Below, piece by piece: positions 9,677-19,796 of a stretch of DNA of 64,000 bases; the first letter of the stretch is position 1; the number at the start of each line of letters is the position of its first letter. Location: positions 32,001 to 96,000 of the forward strand of contig JBCBZT010000024.1 in assembly GCA_039815185.1 (NCBI GenBank). Direction: 5' to 3'. Position numbers and translations under genes: made by a program. Origin of the DNA: Cyanobacteria bacterium P01_A01_bin.123 (GTDB lineage Bacteria; Cyanobacteriota; Cyanobacteriia; Phormidesmidales; Phormidesmidaceae). The notes beneath the pieces were generated by a model. The model ran no database searches and was not told the origin of the DNA. It was given only the letters and a program-made list of their open reading frames with translations.

Positions 9677-12421
9677 ATGACTCATGCATCAAATTCTTCC
9701 GATTCTGTCCCGGAGCAAGCGTTGGAGACAAGGCTTAAGCAAGCGCTTACAGCGCTTAAACAGGAGGACTATGCTGCCGCGATCGCGCAACTGACGCCCT
9801 TAGAACACAACTCAGCTGCTGCCATTAGCTTAAAGGCTCAGGTGGGATTGGTGAAAGCTTACATGGGGCAAGGTAAATACTCTGCTGCGATCGCCAAATG
9901 TCAACCCCTCACCCAAAGTGACAATATTCAGGTTCAAACCTGGGCCAGAAAAATGCTGGGCGATTTAGGCGATTTAACTGGGACAGAAACTGCGTCCCCT
10001 GATCAGCCTGACCAAACTGCCACAACTCCAGAGACCGCCCTCGACAACCCAGAACGCGATAGTCGATCTGCGCCTGGGGCCAGCGGTTTCGTGATCGTAA
10101 CGCCACCGAAGCAATCCAGTGGTTTTGTCCCGCTGGATGCTCACCCAGAGCCCAGCGATAGTCAGCCCAGTGGTTCCGATTCAACCTCTGCGGCGGCGAT
10201 TGAGCCCGCGGTTGATATCCCATCACAACCCACGGCAAGTGGTTTTACACCTCTAGCAGATTCCGGCAATGCGCCACTTGCTGCCCCATCAACCAGCCCA
10301 ACCGGATTGCCGTCGGCGGATAAATTTGCCGATGATGGCTCTAGAGATCAGACTGGGATGGCAACGGGCGGCGATCTAAACCATGGTGCTATCCCATCCG
10401 GTCAGCCCTCCATATTCCATTACAACTATCTGAATCAACCTGCAGGGGCATCGTCTACGCCAAATTCCGATGGACAACTTACCCAATCTCATCCCTCCGA
10501 GAGCGGGCTAAGGGATGACTCGTTGCAGCAATCTGCTGCCCAGGTTGAGCAGCCCCAAACCCTATCTCCTCAGCCTAAAGCACTCCCAATCGCAGCAGAC
10601 AAGACCCCACGGGTACCCGTGCTGACCAATGGCACCTGGCAGTGGGTTTCGACCCAGCGGCTTTCAGCTCCCCGACGATTAGCCGCGGCTCAACCTTTGA
10701 AGTTATGGGGAATTACCGCGTTCACTGCGATCGCCTGGTTTTGGATAATACCAGCGATGCTGCACCGAATTTTCTACATCATTAACTGGCTGCTGTATCG
10801 TCTGCGTTGGCCGATTAACCCCCAACCTATTTCGGCTCTCTATAAGACGTATCACTGGCCGATTTTTATCATTTTAGGGACATTAGTGGTGGCCTCTCCC
10901 TGGCTATTTGACTATTTGCTGGGGTGGGCTTATGGTCTTAAATCCTTTTCCACGCGCGGACTCACGCCAAAGAGTGCTGAAGCCGTACGTATCATGCGGC
11001 GAGTATGTCAACAGCGCGGTTGGGAAATGCCAACGCTCAAAACTTTACCTACCTCAATTCCGTTATGCTTTAGCTATGGCTGCTGGCCGCGCTTTGCCCG
11101 TATCGTCGTCAGCCAGGGCATTTTAGATCGCTTCAGCGAAGACGAGATTGCTGCCCTCTATGCCTATGAAATCAGCCACATCAGCCGCTGGGATTGGCCC
11201 ATCATGTCAGGCTTGGGGCTCTGCCTCCAGATATTTTATCTGGGATATTGGCGGTTAGCTTCATTGGGTAACGGATTGAAGCAGCCGCTACTGCAATTTC
11301 TCCTAGGGCTCCTGTCATCGCTGTTTTATAGCGTGTATTGGCTGATCCGCAAGGTCGGACTGTGGCTGTCGCGGGTGCGTATACTTGAGTGCGATCGCGG
11401 CGCAGTTGAGTTGACCGGCAATCCCAATGGTTTAACCCATGCCCTAATCAAAATCGCCCACGGCATCTGCCGCGATATCGAGCGCCAAGGCTATACCGAT
11501 GTTCGGTTGGAGGGGCTCGACTTACTAACCCCCTTGAGCCCTCAAACGGTCGTGGGATTAGGGGGCTTGAAGGAATTGAGTACTTGGCCTCAAGTTCTAA
11601 CCTGGAACCTAACCAATCCCTATCGCCACTGGCTCGACTTCAATGCAGTCAATCCCGCTTTGGGAGAAAGGTTGCAATTACTGACACACTATGCCGAAAT
11701 CTGGCAACTCACACCAGAACTGGGCTGGCTGAGCGATATCGACCTCAATGCTGGGAAAAAAGCAGTTGGCCCTTCGAGCTACTGGCAACCCCTCTTACTA
11801 CAGGGGGCACCCTACTTCGGCCCTTTACTGGGCTTCGCGATCGCGATGACGCTTTGGTTTATTGGCGGCGTCTCAGAGGCAATTGGGGTTTGGCAAATTG
11901 AGTGGTTCTATCAAGATGACACGATCCTTTATGGCGGCATCTTAATGGGGTTGGGCATTGGCACCCTGGTGCGGATTAATCCGTTCTTCCCTGATCTCAC
12001 AGCCAAGACAGCCAAGACTAATCCCAGCGTTGCCCATCTGCAAGATGCTCCCAATTTTTTACCGATAGACAGTGTTGGCGTTCGTCTCCAAGGGCAACTT
12101 CTAGGCCGTCCTGGACTCGCCAACTGGCTTGGTCAGGATCTTCTACTCAAAACCAGCACGGGGCTTATTAAGCTGCATTTTGCTTCGGAGTTGGGGGTTC
12201 CTGGCAACGTCATTACGCCTAAGAAAAAACATCCTGCCAGTTTTATAAAACGCCACTTGACAATAATTGGGTGGTTTCGTCGGGGGGCTACGGGGTGGCT
12301 CGATATCGATCGCCTACAGGTGAAAGGGCAGCCCCTAATTCAAAGTCCTCACCCTATCTTTGCCACCCTAGTGAGCCTAGGGGCAACCTTTTGGGGGATT
12401 TACAGAATTTTTCGGGGATAA
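9677..12421 (+). CDS. M48 (HtpX-like) metalloprotease homolog with N-terminal TPR-like helices and long low-complexity linker
   Basis: IVVSQGIL, EIAALYAYEISH, ECDRGAVELTGNP..L..AL.KI, P.LGERL; ATG at 9677 follows GAGG. Confidence 0.8.
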   Translation: MTHASNSSDSVPEQALETRLKQALTALKQEDYAAAIAQLTPLEHNSAAAISLKAQVGLVKAYMGQGKYSAAIAKCQPLTQSDNIQVQTWARKMLGDLGDLTGTETASPDQPDQTATTPETALDNPERDSRSAPGASGFVIVTPPKQSSGFVPLDAHPEPSDSQPSGSDSTSAAAIEPAVDIPSQPTASGFTPLADSGNAPLAAPSTSPTGLPSADKFADDGSRDQTGMATGGDLNHGAIPSGQPSIFHYNYLNQPAGASSTPNSDGQLTQSHPSESGLRDDSLQQSAAQVEQPQTLSPQPKALPIAADKTPRVPVLTNGTWQWVSTQRLSAPRRLAAAQPLKLWGITAFTAIAWFWIIPAMLHRIFYIINWLLYRLRWPINPQPISALYKTYHWPIFIILGTLVVASPWLFDYLLGWAYGLKSFSTRGLTPKSAEAVRIMRRVCQQRGWEMPTLKTLPTSIPLCFSYGCWPRFARIVVSQGILDRFSEDEIAALYAYEISHISRWDWPIMSGLGLCLQIFYLGYWRLASLGNGLKQPLLQFLLGLLSSLFYSVYWLIRKVGLWLSRVRILECDRGAVELTGNPNGLTHALIKIAHGICRDIERQGYTDVRLEGLDLLTPLSPQTVVGLGGLKELSTWPQVLTWNLTNPYRHWLDFNAVNPALGERLQLLTHYAEIWQLTPELGWLSDIDLNAGKKAVGPSSYWQPLLLQGAPYFGPLLGFAIAMTLWFIGGVSEAIGVWQIEWFYQDDTILYGGILMGLGIGTLVRINPFFPDLTAKTAKTNPSVAHLQDAPNFLPIDSVGVRLQGQLLGRPGLANWLGQDLLLKTSTGLIKLHFASELGVPGNVITPKKKHPASFIKRHLTIIGWFRRGATGWLDIDRLQVKGQPLIQSPHPIFATLVSLGATFWGIYRIFRG

Positions 12422-12643
12422 TCAACTAAATTCGATTTGAAAACTTGAGTTTCTAGCCGGGGGAGAATCGTGAATCAGCGACGGCTAAAATTCAAGCAAC
12501 ATTGCCATTTAAAGCAGGAAATGTTACCTTTCTTAATAAGAGCTTTGTGCACCTGCGTGACGATAGTCTTTTTGAGAAATCAGTCACAAGCGTCTAAGTC
12601 GGCGTCAGGCATTAGGTTCTCCTACTCTCAACACAGCAAGTTG

Positions 12644-12668
12644 ACCAGCCGTTTATCGGCTGGTTTTT
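12644..12668 (+). terminator. Rho-independent terminator
   Basis: ACCAGCCG-TTTAT-CGGCTGGT followed by TTTT. Confidence 0.7.
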
Positions 12669-13131
12669 GTCTAACCTGACTTTGATCTAACAGGGTTGAG
12701 CTCTCGTCCAATCTTGAAACAGGGTTTTGGGTTCTTAACTCATTAAGGTAAGCGGACAATGGTTTTTATTTTGTTCCAAAGTCCTCTTAGCCCATTGGGT
12801 TGTGATACCTTAATCAAGGACGCAATAACTTGGTAAGGTTTGAAGGGGAACACTCTGCTAATCCCTCAGTCCATAGCATTAGTCTATGTCATGGTGAGAT
12901 GGGTTTTTAGGGTGGTTCATCAGGGGAGCCTAGGTCTTGAGGACAAAAATTTTGGGGCACACCACAGCGGCTTCTCTACAAAGTTAAATATGTTGAACTA
13001 CCGCACTGAACCATTCAAACTTTCGATCAGGCTCTTGTTGGTGATCTCCTGATTTTTAAGCATTAGATAGGTTGTTTAGCATTTGCCCTCAGGTATGAGC
13101 GTTTTTTTCGTAGAAGCTAGAGGTATCTTAC

Positions 13132-13581
13132 ATGTCTGTTCGCATATACGTTGGCAATCTGTCGAAAGACCTAGAACGCCAAGAATTAGAGGCTCTATTT
13201 GAAGGTGCACCGGAAGAGATTGTCTCTATAAAATTGATTTCAGACCGCAAAACTGGTAAGTGTCGCGGGTTTGGATTTGTTACGGTTAAGACCGATGAGC
13301 AGGCTGATGCTATTGTTGATCGCCTAAACGGTCAGATGCTCCAAGAGACGCCGTTGAAGGTTGAGAAAGCGTTGCCCCGCAGCAAGTCGACTAAGGCGGA
13401 GGGTGAAGAAGGTGGTGCTCCGGCTCCATCCAATAATCGCCGTAAAGGAAATAAAGGCGGTAGCAATAATAATCGACGTAGCACTCCCGCTTCATCTGAG
13501 GCTGCACAACCCGACCCACGCTGGGCAGGTGAACTCGCAAAGCTCAAAGAAATGCTTGCGACTCAGACCGCGTCCTCATAG
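13132..13581 (+). CDS. RRM RNA-binding protein, cyanobacterial Rbp family (long C-tail, Rbp3-like)
   Basis: RNP2 IYVGNL, RNP1 RGFGFV, C-terminal QPDPRWA.EL motif. Confidence 0.9.
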   Translation: MSVRIYVGNLSKDLERQELEALFEGAPEEIVSIKLISDRKTGKCRGFGFVTVKTDEQADAIVDRLNGQMLQETPLKVEKALPRSKSTKAEGEEGGAPAPSNNRRKGNKGGSNNNRRSTPASSEAAQPDPRWAGELAKLKEMLATQTASS

Positions 13582-13727
13582 GTTGATCTCAGCCACATCT
13601 GATTTGGAAACTCACCTGGATTTTAGCTTGAGGGAGAGACGCTTCTAAGCTAGAAGCTCAGAAGCGTCCTAGATCTAGTTATGGCCGGGGTTTATGGTAG
13701 CTACGATCGACTAATGCTCTACCTCTG

Positions 13728-14177
13728 ATGGATGTTCAATTTCGGGAGTGCGACTTCTTCAACCTGTGGCTTTGGCTGAAATTTTCTACTGTTCCTAGTT
13801 CTGTAGAGCGGCAATATGTTGAAGAAGTTTTCAATTCCTGGTTTTTTGTTGGCAAGTTGGGGGGTTTTAACGCCGAAAACTTGCAAGTTCAAGAAACTGG
13901 GTTAGACATTAGCTATATGCTCTACGAAGATCATAAAGCCGACAACACCCTGATGTCGGTCATGCACAATATGGGTGAGGTTCAGTTTCAGGGAGTTTGG
14001 GCTCGCTGCTGGTTCGATTTGGGTACCAGTGACGCGATCGCCTTAGATATTTTGCTCAATGCCTTACGGCAGTTCAGCAAAGACTACGTCACCATAGAGC
14101 GCTTCGTGATTGGCGGCGAGAATGAAGACTGGCCCATTCCAGGGAGTGGGCAGCCCGACTTGTTTGCTGAAGAGTGA
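13728..14177 (+). CDS. DUF3531 family protein
   Basis: WFFVGKLGGFNAENLQV, MHNMGE, WFDLGTSD motifs. Confidence 0.8.
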   Translation: MDVQFRECDFFNLWLWLKFSTVPSSVERQYVEEVFNSWFFVGKLGGFNAENLQVQETGLDISYMLYEDHKADNTLMSVMHNMGEVQFQGVWARCWFDLGTSDAIALDILLNALRQFSKDYVTIERFVIGGENEDWPIPGSGQPDLFAEE

Positions 14178-14183
14178 GATTGT

Positions 14184-15176
14184 CTACCGGAACATGCTGC
14201 TGACGGAACTTTCCTCATGAATGCGCCAAATGGCCTCACCCAATAGGTTGGCAACTGACAGTACTGTCAGTTGCTTGAACTGCCGCGCATCAGACACTGG
14301 AATCGTATTTGTCACAATCACTTCTTCAAAAAGACCGCTAGATAGACGCTCAATTGCCGGGGGCGAAAAGACAGCATGGGTAGCACAGGCGTATACCTGG
14401 CGGGCTCCCTCTTGACGCAGGAGGCGGGCTCCCTCGCAAATGGTTCCTGCGGTATCGATCATGTCATCAACAAGAACAGCCGTTTTACCTTTAATATCCC
14501 CAATTAAATTCATTACTTCGGCCACATTATGGGCCTGGCGCCGTTTATCAATAATGGCTAAAGGCGCATCGTTAAGCTTTTTAGCAAAGGCTCGCGCCCG
14601 TGCAACGCCGCCTACATCTGGGGAAACCACAACAATGTCTTCGAAGTTTTTGCTGGCTAGGTAATCGATGATGACGGGTGAGCTATAGACGTGATCACAG
14701 GGAATATCAAAATACCCCTGGATTTGAGCCGAATGCAAGTCCATTGCTAGAACACGCCCCGCACCTGCTTGGGTCATCAGGTTAGCCACTAACTTAGCCG
14801 TAATGGATTCTCGGCCTGCAGTTTTGCGATCGGCTCGAGCATATCCATAGTAGGGAAGGACTGCGGTAATTTGACGTGCTGACGCCCGACGGCAGGCATC
14901 AATCATAATTAGCAATTCCATCAGGTGGTCATTCACCGGATGGGAGGTGGGCTGAAGCAAATAAACGTCACCGCCCCGAATAGACTCTTGAATCTGAATA
15001 TAAAGCTCTCCGTCAGCAAAGCGCTTACGAACCATTGGCCCTAGGTCAATACCTAAGTATCTCGCGACTTCTTGAGCCAGCGCTATGTTGGATGATCCGG
15101 CAAAGAGCTTAAGTCGATTATTGTCGCCAATCTGAGGCAGGGAAGTTGTTAATGGCAGGGGTGCAGAGCTAATCAC
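14184..15176 (-). CDS. prs: Ribose-phosphate pyrophosphokinase
   Basis: FADGE, YYGYARADRK, DLHSAQIQG, VSPDVGG, VDDMIDTAGT. Confidence 0.98.
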   Translation of the reverse strand: MISSAPLPLTTSLPQIGDNNRLKLFAGSSNIALAQEVARYLGIDLGPMVRKRFADGELYIQIQESIRGGDVYLLQPTSHPVNDHLMELLIMIDACRRASARQITAVLPYYGYARADRKTAGRESITAKLVANLMTQAGAGRVLAMDLHSAQIQGYFDIPCDHVYSSPVIIDYLASKNFEDIVVVSPDVGGVARARAFAKKLNDAPLAIIDKRRQAHNVAEVMNLIGDIKGKTAVLVDDMIDTAGTICEGARLLRQEGARQVYACATHAVFSPPAIERLSSGLFEEVIVTNTIPVSDARQFKQLTVLSVANLLGEAIWRIHEESSVSSMFR

Positions 15177-15475
15177 GACAGGCCCTCAATGCATATCAAT
15201 GGAAATCCTAGCATTCTAAATTCAGATCATTAATGAGTAGTTCCACCGAGTCAAGGGCTTGGGAATTAAGCCAATTTAGCCAATGTACAGGTTGACTTTT
15301 GGCCAATTGCCCTAGCAGAGAAAATATAAGGATATCTGCATAACCTCCAGAACAAGGTAAATCTTTAAATTTGTAGACAGATTTGCTGCTGTAAATGGTT
15401 CGGTCTCAATGATTTCGGCCACAACATCAATTTTGGCCACAACATCCCGACGTAATATTTTGGAAGGATTTAGAT

Positions 15476-15871
15476 ATGACATCAACGTTGTTCGCTGGCA
15501 TCCATCACATTGCTATTATCTGCGCCGATTATCCACGCGCTAAGCATTTTTATACTCAGATTTTGGGCTGTCTGGTACTTCAAGAAACCTACCGAGCCTC
15601 GCGAAACTCTTATAAGCTCGATTTACAAGTGCCAGGGGGTGGGCAGATCGAGCTATTTTCGTTTCCGACACCGCCACCCCGCCTGACACGTCCGGAAGCT
15701 TGTGGGTTAAGACATCTAGCCTTTGCGGTGACCGATTTAGACCAGGCGATCGCGGCCTTAAACACCTACGGCGTCAAGACTGAACCGATTCGAACGGATG
15801 ACCTTACCGATCGACGCTTCACCTTTTTTCAAGATCCTGATGGATTACCACTGGAACTATACGAAGCTTGA
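15476..15871 (+). CDS. VOC / glyoxalase-like protein (YaeR type)
   Basis: IHHIAII, SYKLDL, IELFSF, GLRHLAF, DPDGLPLELYE. Confidence 0.9.
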   Translation: MTSTLFAGIHHIAIICADYPRAKHFYTQILGCLVLQETYRASRNSYKLDLQVPGGGQIELFSFPTPPPRLTRPEACGLRHLAFAVTDLDQAIAALNTYGVKTEPIRTDDLTDRRFTFFQDPDGLPLELYEA

Positions 15872-15945
15872 GGCAAGCGTATCCAACCCGATGAAAGGTC
15901 AGGGGCTAATCAATTTAAGGGGTCGATGAAAAATTTGAGGAAAAA

Positions 15946-16257
15946 TCACTCAACCAACCACTCCGAGGCTCGACCACCCAATTCAATCGGAATATTGACA
16001 GCTTTACCCAAGCGGGGACGCTCCTGGGTTTGTTCAATGTAGGCTTGCACTTGAGCCGCATTACCCCAGCCTTCAATATAATTGGCAATCTCACCGAGAT
16101 GGGCCATATACTCAGTTTCGGTCATCGGAAAAGATGCCTGTTCCAGGTAGCGCCACATTACCTGAACGAAGATCTTGCCTTGGGTCTTCCGCAGCTGTAC
16201 ATCAAAGGAGTGGCCCCATTTCTCTAGAATCAGTACGTGTAAGTCTTGTCCAGTCAT
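15946..16257 (-). CDS. DUF3067 family protein
   Basis: KWGHSFDVQL, VMWRYLEQASFP, RPRLGKAV; start taken as MTGQDL at 16257. Confidence 0.8.
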   Translation of the reverse strand: MTGQDLHVLILEKWGHSFDVQLRKTQGKIFVQVMWRYLEQASFPMTETEYMAHLGEIANYIEGWGNAAQVQAYIEQTQERPRLGKAVNIPIELGGRASEWLVE

Positions 16258-16763
16258 AAACCACATCTGATTTGAAAACTTAAGTTTGAAGCCACGCGCA
16301 ACTCGGGATCTGGCGTTTTCCCACAAGCAAAACGCCAGATCTGGACATGAAAACGATTTAGCTCAAGGAAAACCATGGATCTGGATGTTGCCAAGGCTGA
16401 GCCTTAGCATTGTATTGCCCTAGAAGATAGGAGGATGCCGCGCCGGACAGGGGCGATGTCGAGTTTTGGTGCTATGAGAAAACCGTTACTTAGATTAATA
16501 ATTCCATGCAACTGTATTTCTGATTTTTGCCCCCTCACATTAGTCAGGTTAAGGGCTGAAAACGCCTGATTTTTCGGGGTTGCTTGATCTGGGTCAAAGG
16601 CTGGTTGGCTCAAGCTTCAGTCAATTTGTGTCAAGGCGCGATCGCACCCGACGAAAAAGCCCAGTTAACTCTGCTATCAATATGCTCCATGCTCCATAGA
16701 ATGTAATAATACCAATGGAAAGTCTGCAAACTTCTTTGACAAAGACTCATTTTTGCCTAAATT

Positions 16764-17306
16764 ATGACTCAAGCCTCTGGAAATCCTGATGTCCCTAATC
16801 TGGGTCGTCGCCAATTTATGAATTTGCTCACCTTTGGCTCGATTACGGGCACGGCTTTAGGTGCGCTTTATCCCGTGGTGAAATATTTTCTTCCCCCATC
16901 TAGCGGCAGTGCTGGCGGTGGCGTTAGTGCTAAGGACGCTTTGGGGAATGCCGTTAAGGCCGAAGATTTTTTGAGCAACAACGGTCCTGGCTCACGGACA
17001 TTGGCCCAGGGGTTGAAGGGAGATCCCACCTATTTAGTGGTGACTGAAACGGGCACGCTTGAAAATTATGGCATCAACTCGGTGTGTACCCACCTCGGGT
17101 GTGTGGTGCCCTGGAATGCCAACGAAAGCAAGTTTATTTGTCCTTGCCATGGCTCCCAGTACGATGCGACGGGTAAAGTCGTTCGAGGACCAGCACCTTT
17201 GTCTTTGGCTTTGGCTCATACCGAGGTTAGCGACGATGGCACCGTCATCCTCAGCCCCTGGACCGAGACCGATTTTCGTACGGGCGAAAACCCTTGGTGG
17301 GCCTAG
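16764..17306 (+). CDS. petC: Cytochrome b6f Rieske iron-sulfur subunit
   Basis: RRQFMNLL Tat-like leader, CTHLGC and CPCHGS Rieske boxes. Confidence 0.98.
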   Translation: MTQASGNPDVPNLGRRQFMNLLTFGSITGTALGALYPVVKYFLPPSSGSAGGGVSAKDALGNAVKAEDFLSNNGPGSRTLAQGLKGDPTYLVVTETGTLENYGINSVCTHLGCVVPWNANESKFICPCHGSQYDATGKVVRGPAPLSLALAHTEVSDDGTVILSPWTETDFRTGENPWWA

Positions 17307-17410
17307 GGTAGACAGCCTTAAACGGGTGGAGTGCTAAATTCTACGGCCGCTCCTAAACCGTTCGATATTTTCCATTTGATCATTATTTCTTTGTTGGCTA
17401 CGTGCGACTC

Positions 17411-18388
17411 ATGAAGACTCAATCCTCAATCGCGTCGGTAGTTAAATGGCTGCGCAAAGGTCTGTTGCTGGCGATCGTAGCGATCGCTGTTTTGTTTGCA
17501 AGTAACTTAGCCTTTCCTCAGTCTGCTGCTGCCTATCCCTTTTGGGCTCAAGAAAACTATGAAAGCCCCCGTGAAGCGACGGGCAAAATTGTGTGTGCTA
17601 ACTGTCACTTGGGGGCTATGCCTACGGAAGTGGAAGTACCCCAAGCAGTTTTGCCTGACAGCGTCTTCAAGGCCGTGGTGAAGGTGCCCTATGACTTAGA
17701 GACTCAGCAGGTGTTAGGTGACGGCAGTAAGGGTGGCCTCAATGTGGGTGCAGTTCTCATGCTGCCCGAAGGGTTTAAGATTGCTCCCCCGGATCGCATT
17801 TCTGAAGAATTACAAGAAGAAGTGGGTAGCACCTACTTCTTGCCCTATAGCGCAGACCAAGAAAATATTGTGTTGGTTGGCCCCGTACCGGGTGAGCAGT
17901 ACCAAGAAATCGTATTTCCAGTACTCTCCCCTGATCCGGCAGCAGATAAATCTATCAGCTTTGGCAAATATTCCGTACATGTGGGCGGCAACCGGGGGCG
18001 CGGTCAGGTGTACCCCACTGGCCAGGCCAGCAACAATGCGGTCTATAACTCAGATGCTTCCGGTACGATTACTAACATTGCTCAATCTGATGGTGGTGGC
18101 TATGCGGTCACCGTTCAGTTAGAAGCGGGTGACACTGTGGTGACTCAGGTCCCCGTTGGCCCCGAGTTGATCGTGGCGGAAGGCGATACAGTAACCAAGG
18201 GAGCACCCCTAACATCGAACCCAAATATGGGTGGTTTTGGCCAAGTGGAGACCGAGATTGTTCTACAAAGCCCTAATCGAATTAAAGGTTTAGTTGCCTT
18301 CTTGGCGGCTGTGGTCATTTCCCAAATCATGCTGGTCTTGAAGAAGAAGCAGGTTGAAAAGGTGCAAGCTGCCGAGATGACTTTTTAA
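17411..18388 (+). CDS. petA: Apocytochrome f (alternative GTG start at 17402)
   Basis: Signal peptide then YPFWAQ, CANCH haem site, GGNRGRGQ, C-terminal TM and KKKQVEKVQ. Confidence 0.98.
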   Translation: MKTQSSIASVVKWLRKGLLLAIVAIAVLFASNLAFPQSAAAYPFWAQENYESPREATGKIVCANCHLGAMPTEVEVPQAVLPDSVFKAVVKVPYDLETQQVLGDGSKGGLNVGAVLMLPEGFKIAPPDRISEELQEEVGSTYFLPYSADQENIVLVGPVPGEQYQEIVFPVLSPDPAADKSISFGKYSVHVGGNRGRGQVYPTGQASNNAVYNSDASGTITNIAQSDGGGYAVTVQLEAGDTVVTQVPVGPELIVAEGDTVTKGAPLTSNPNMGGFGQVETEIVLQSPNRIKGLVAFLAAVVISQIMLVLKKKQVEKVQAAEMTF

Positions 18389-18438
18389 GTTTGGCAGATA
18401 TTCAAGGTGGTTACGACGCCAACCTTGACAACATTCTG

Positions 18439-18466
18439 AAAAGGGTGACAATTGTCACCCTTTTTT
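18439..18466. terminator. Probable bidirectional terminator between petA and the convergent dCache gene
   Basis: Perfect palindrome AAAAGGGTGACAATTGTCACCCTTTT with T-tracts on both strands. Confidence 0.8.
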
Positions 18467-18473
18467 ATGGCGT

Positions 18474-19757
18474 TTATGCACTGCCTTTCGGTTTACGCAG
18501 TTCTTTAGCTTTGCGACGTAACTCTCGGAAGTAGTCAGTTTCAGTAATTTCAGCGACTTGACGCGTCTTTTTAGCCTGATCAATTTCAATTCTCAACTCG
18601 GCGACTTGCCGTTTTAACTTTTGTTCTCTGGCGTAGACTTGCTCTGCCATGGTTTGAAAGACACTGGCTAGTCGCCCCAGTTCATCAAATCGCCGTTTAA
18701 CGATTTCTATGGCCGGTGAATGGGTTGCTTCGTACTCACCCGCTTCGATGGCTACAGCCACATCAGTCAAATCTAGGACAGGCTTAGCAATTTGACGAGC
18801 CAGCAAATATATCATCACCAGCATGAGTCCGACAGTCCCTAAGCCAATCAGCAAAATTCCGTGGGCGAGTCGCACCGCAGGGCGAAAGGCTTCCTGTTGA
18901 GAAATTTCTGCAAGCAGGGCTAGGTTACTGCCGCTAAGCCAGCGATAGACCCCAATCACGGGCACATTGTCATAGTTGATGTAGAGATCTGCCCCCGTGC
19001 GTCCTTGAATGGCCGTATTAATGCCTTGGCTAGACATGCCTTGGATAAATTGGCCCGCTTCGGCATTGTCGCTGGCGATAAACTGATTGCGTCCAGAAAG
19101 CTGTTTGACCAGGTACGTCTCTCCCGTCTCGCCTAAACCGGTGCGATCGCGAATAAAACTATCAATCGCCTGCAAATCTAGCGTCAACGCCAAAACGGCA
19201 ATTCGTTGACCAGTGTTGTCATCGATGGGAGTAGCAAAGGTAATCGTGGGTTCCCCTGTGAGCGAAGAAATATAAATATTGGGGACAACGTTGGTTTCTT
19301 GCCCCGGCTCAAAATAAGTCGTGTTGTTGCCTAAGCCTTGATAGGTACCTTCTTGGGATTGGTCGGTAGAGAGCAATACGATGCCGCCATTAGTCAAAAT
19401 TGAAATTTCTTGAACGTCGGATTTGATATTTAAGAATATTTCAAAGTAGTCACTCAAGAACTGAGCATCTTGGCTGATGTCTAAAGTCCCTGGATCGCTA
19501 GCTAATCCATTGATACGGGTAATCACTTCCGGTGACTGTGCCAGCAACATCGCATCTCTGCGCTGACTAGTAAACCATTGATTGAGTTCATATTCTTTCA
19601 AAGATGCGGCAACCTCGAGGCGATCAAAAATTGAGGCTTGTAAGGCGTCTTTGGCCCGACCGTAGGCCGTAAATGCCACAAGCCCAACGGTCACTATCGA
19701 CAATATGGAAAACGTGCCGACGAGCTTTAGGAGGAGACTTTTTCGGAGCAATTTCAT
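18474..19757 (-). CDS. dCache-HAMP membrane sensor with short coiled-coil tail and no kinase or cyclase domain
   Basis: TM1, extracytoplasmic domain with GLGETGETYLV and PVIGVYRW, TM2, HAMP (DELGRLASVFQTM), tail LRIEID..QVAEITETDYF. Confidence 0.8.
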   Translation of the reverse strand: MKLLRKSLLLKLVGTFSILSIVTVGLVAFTAYGRAKDALQASIFDRLEVAASLKEYELNQWFTSQRRDAMLLAQSPEVITRINGLASDPGTLDISQDAQFLSDYFEIFLNIKSDVQEISILTNGGIVLLSTDQSQEGTYQGLGNNTTYFEPGQETNVVPNIYISSLTGEPTITFATPIDDNTGQRIAVLALTLDLQAIDSFIRDRTGLGETGETYLVKQLSGRNQFIASDNAEAGQFIQGMSSQGINTAIQGRTGADLYINYDNVPVIGVYRWLSGSNLALLAEISQQEAFRPAVRLAHGILLIGLGTVGLMLVMIYLLARQIAKPVLDLTDVAVAIEAGEYEATHSPAIEIVKRRFDELGRLASVFQTMAEQVYAREQKLKRQVAELRIEIDQAKKTRQVAEITETDYFRELRRKAKELRKPKGSA

Positions 19758-19796
19758 CGCTGAGGACTCTAAAGATGGGTTGGCACAAGGGAGAAC

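Noticed and set aside
12470..13052. Short ORFs 12470-12679 and 12840-13052, and similar ones at 26558-27015, 39860-40054 and 44748-45090
   Set aside because: Mostly non-ATG starts, no recognisable motifs, located in probable promoter regions.
15412..15446. 17-bp direct repeat upstream of the VOC gene
   Set aside because: Two copies with one mismatch; insufficient evidence for a regulatory role.
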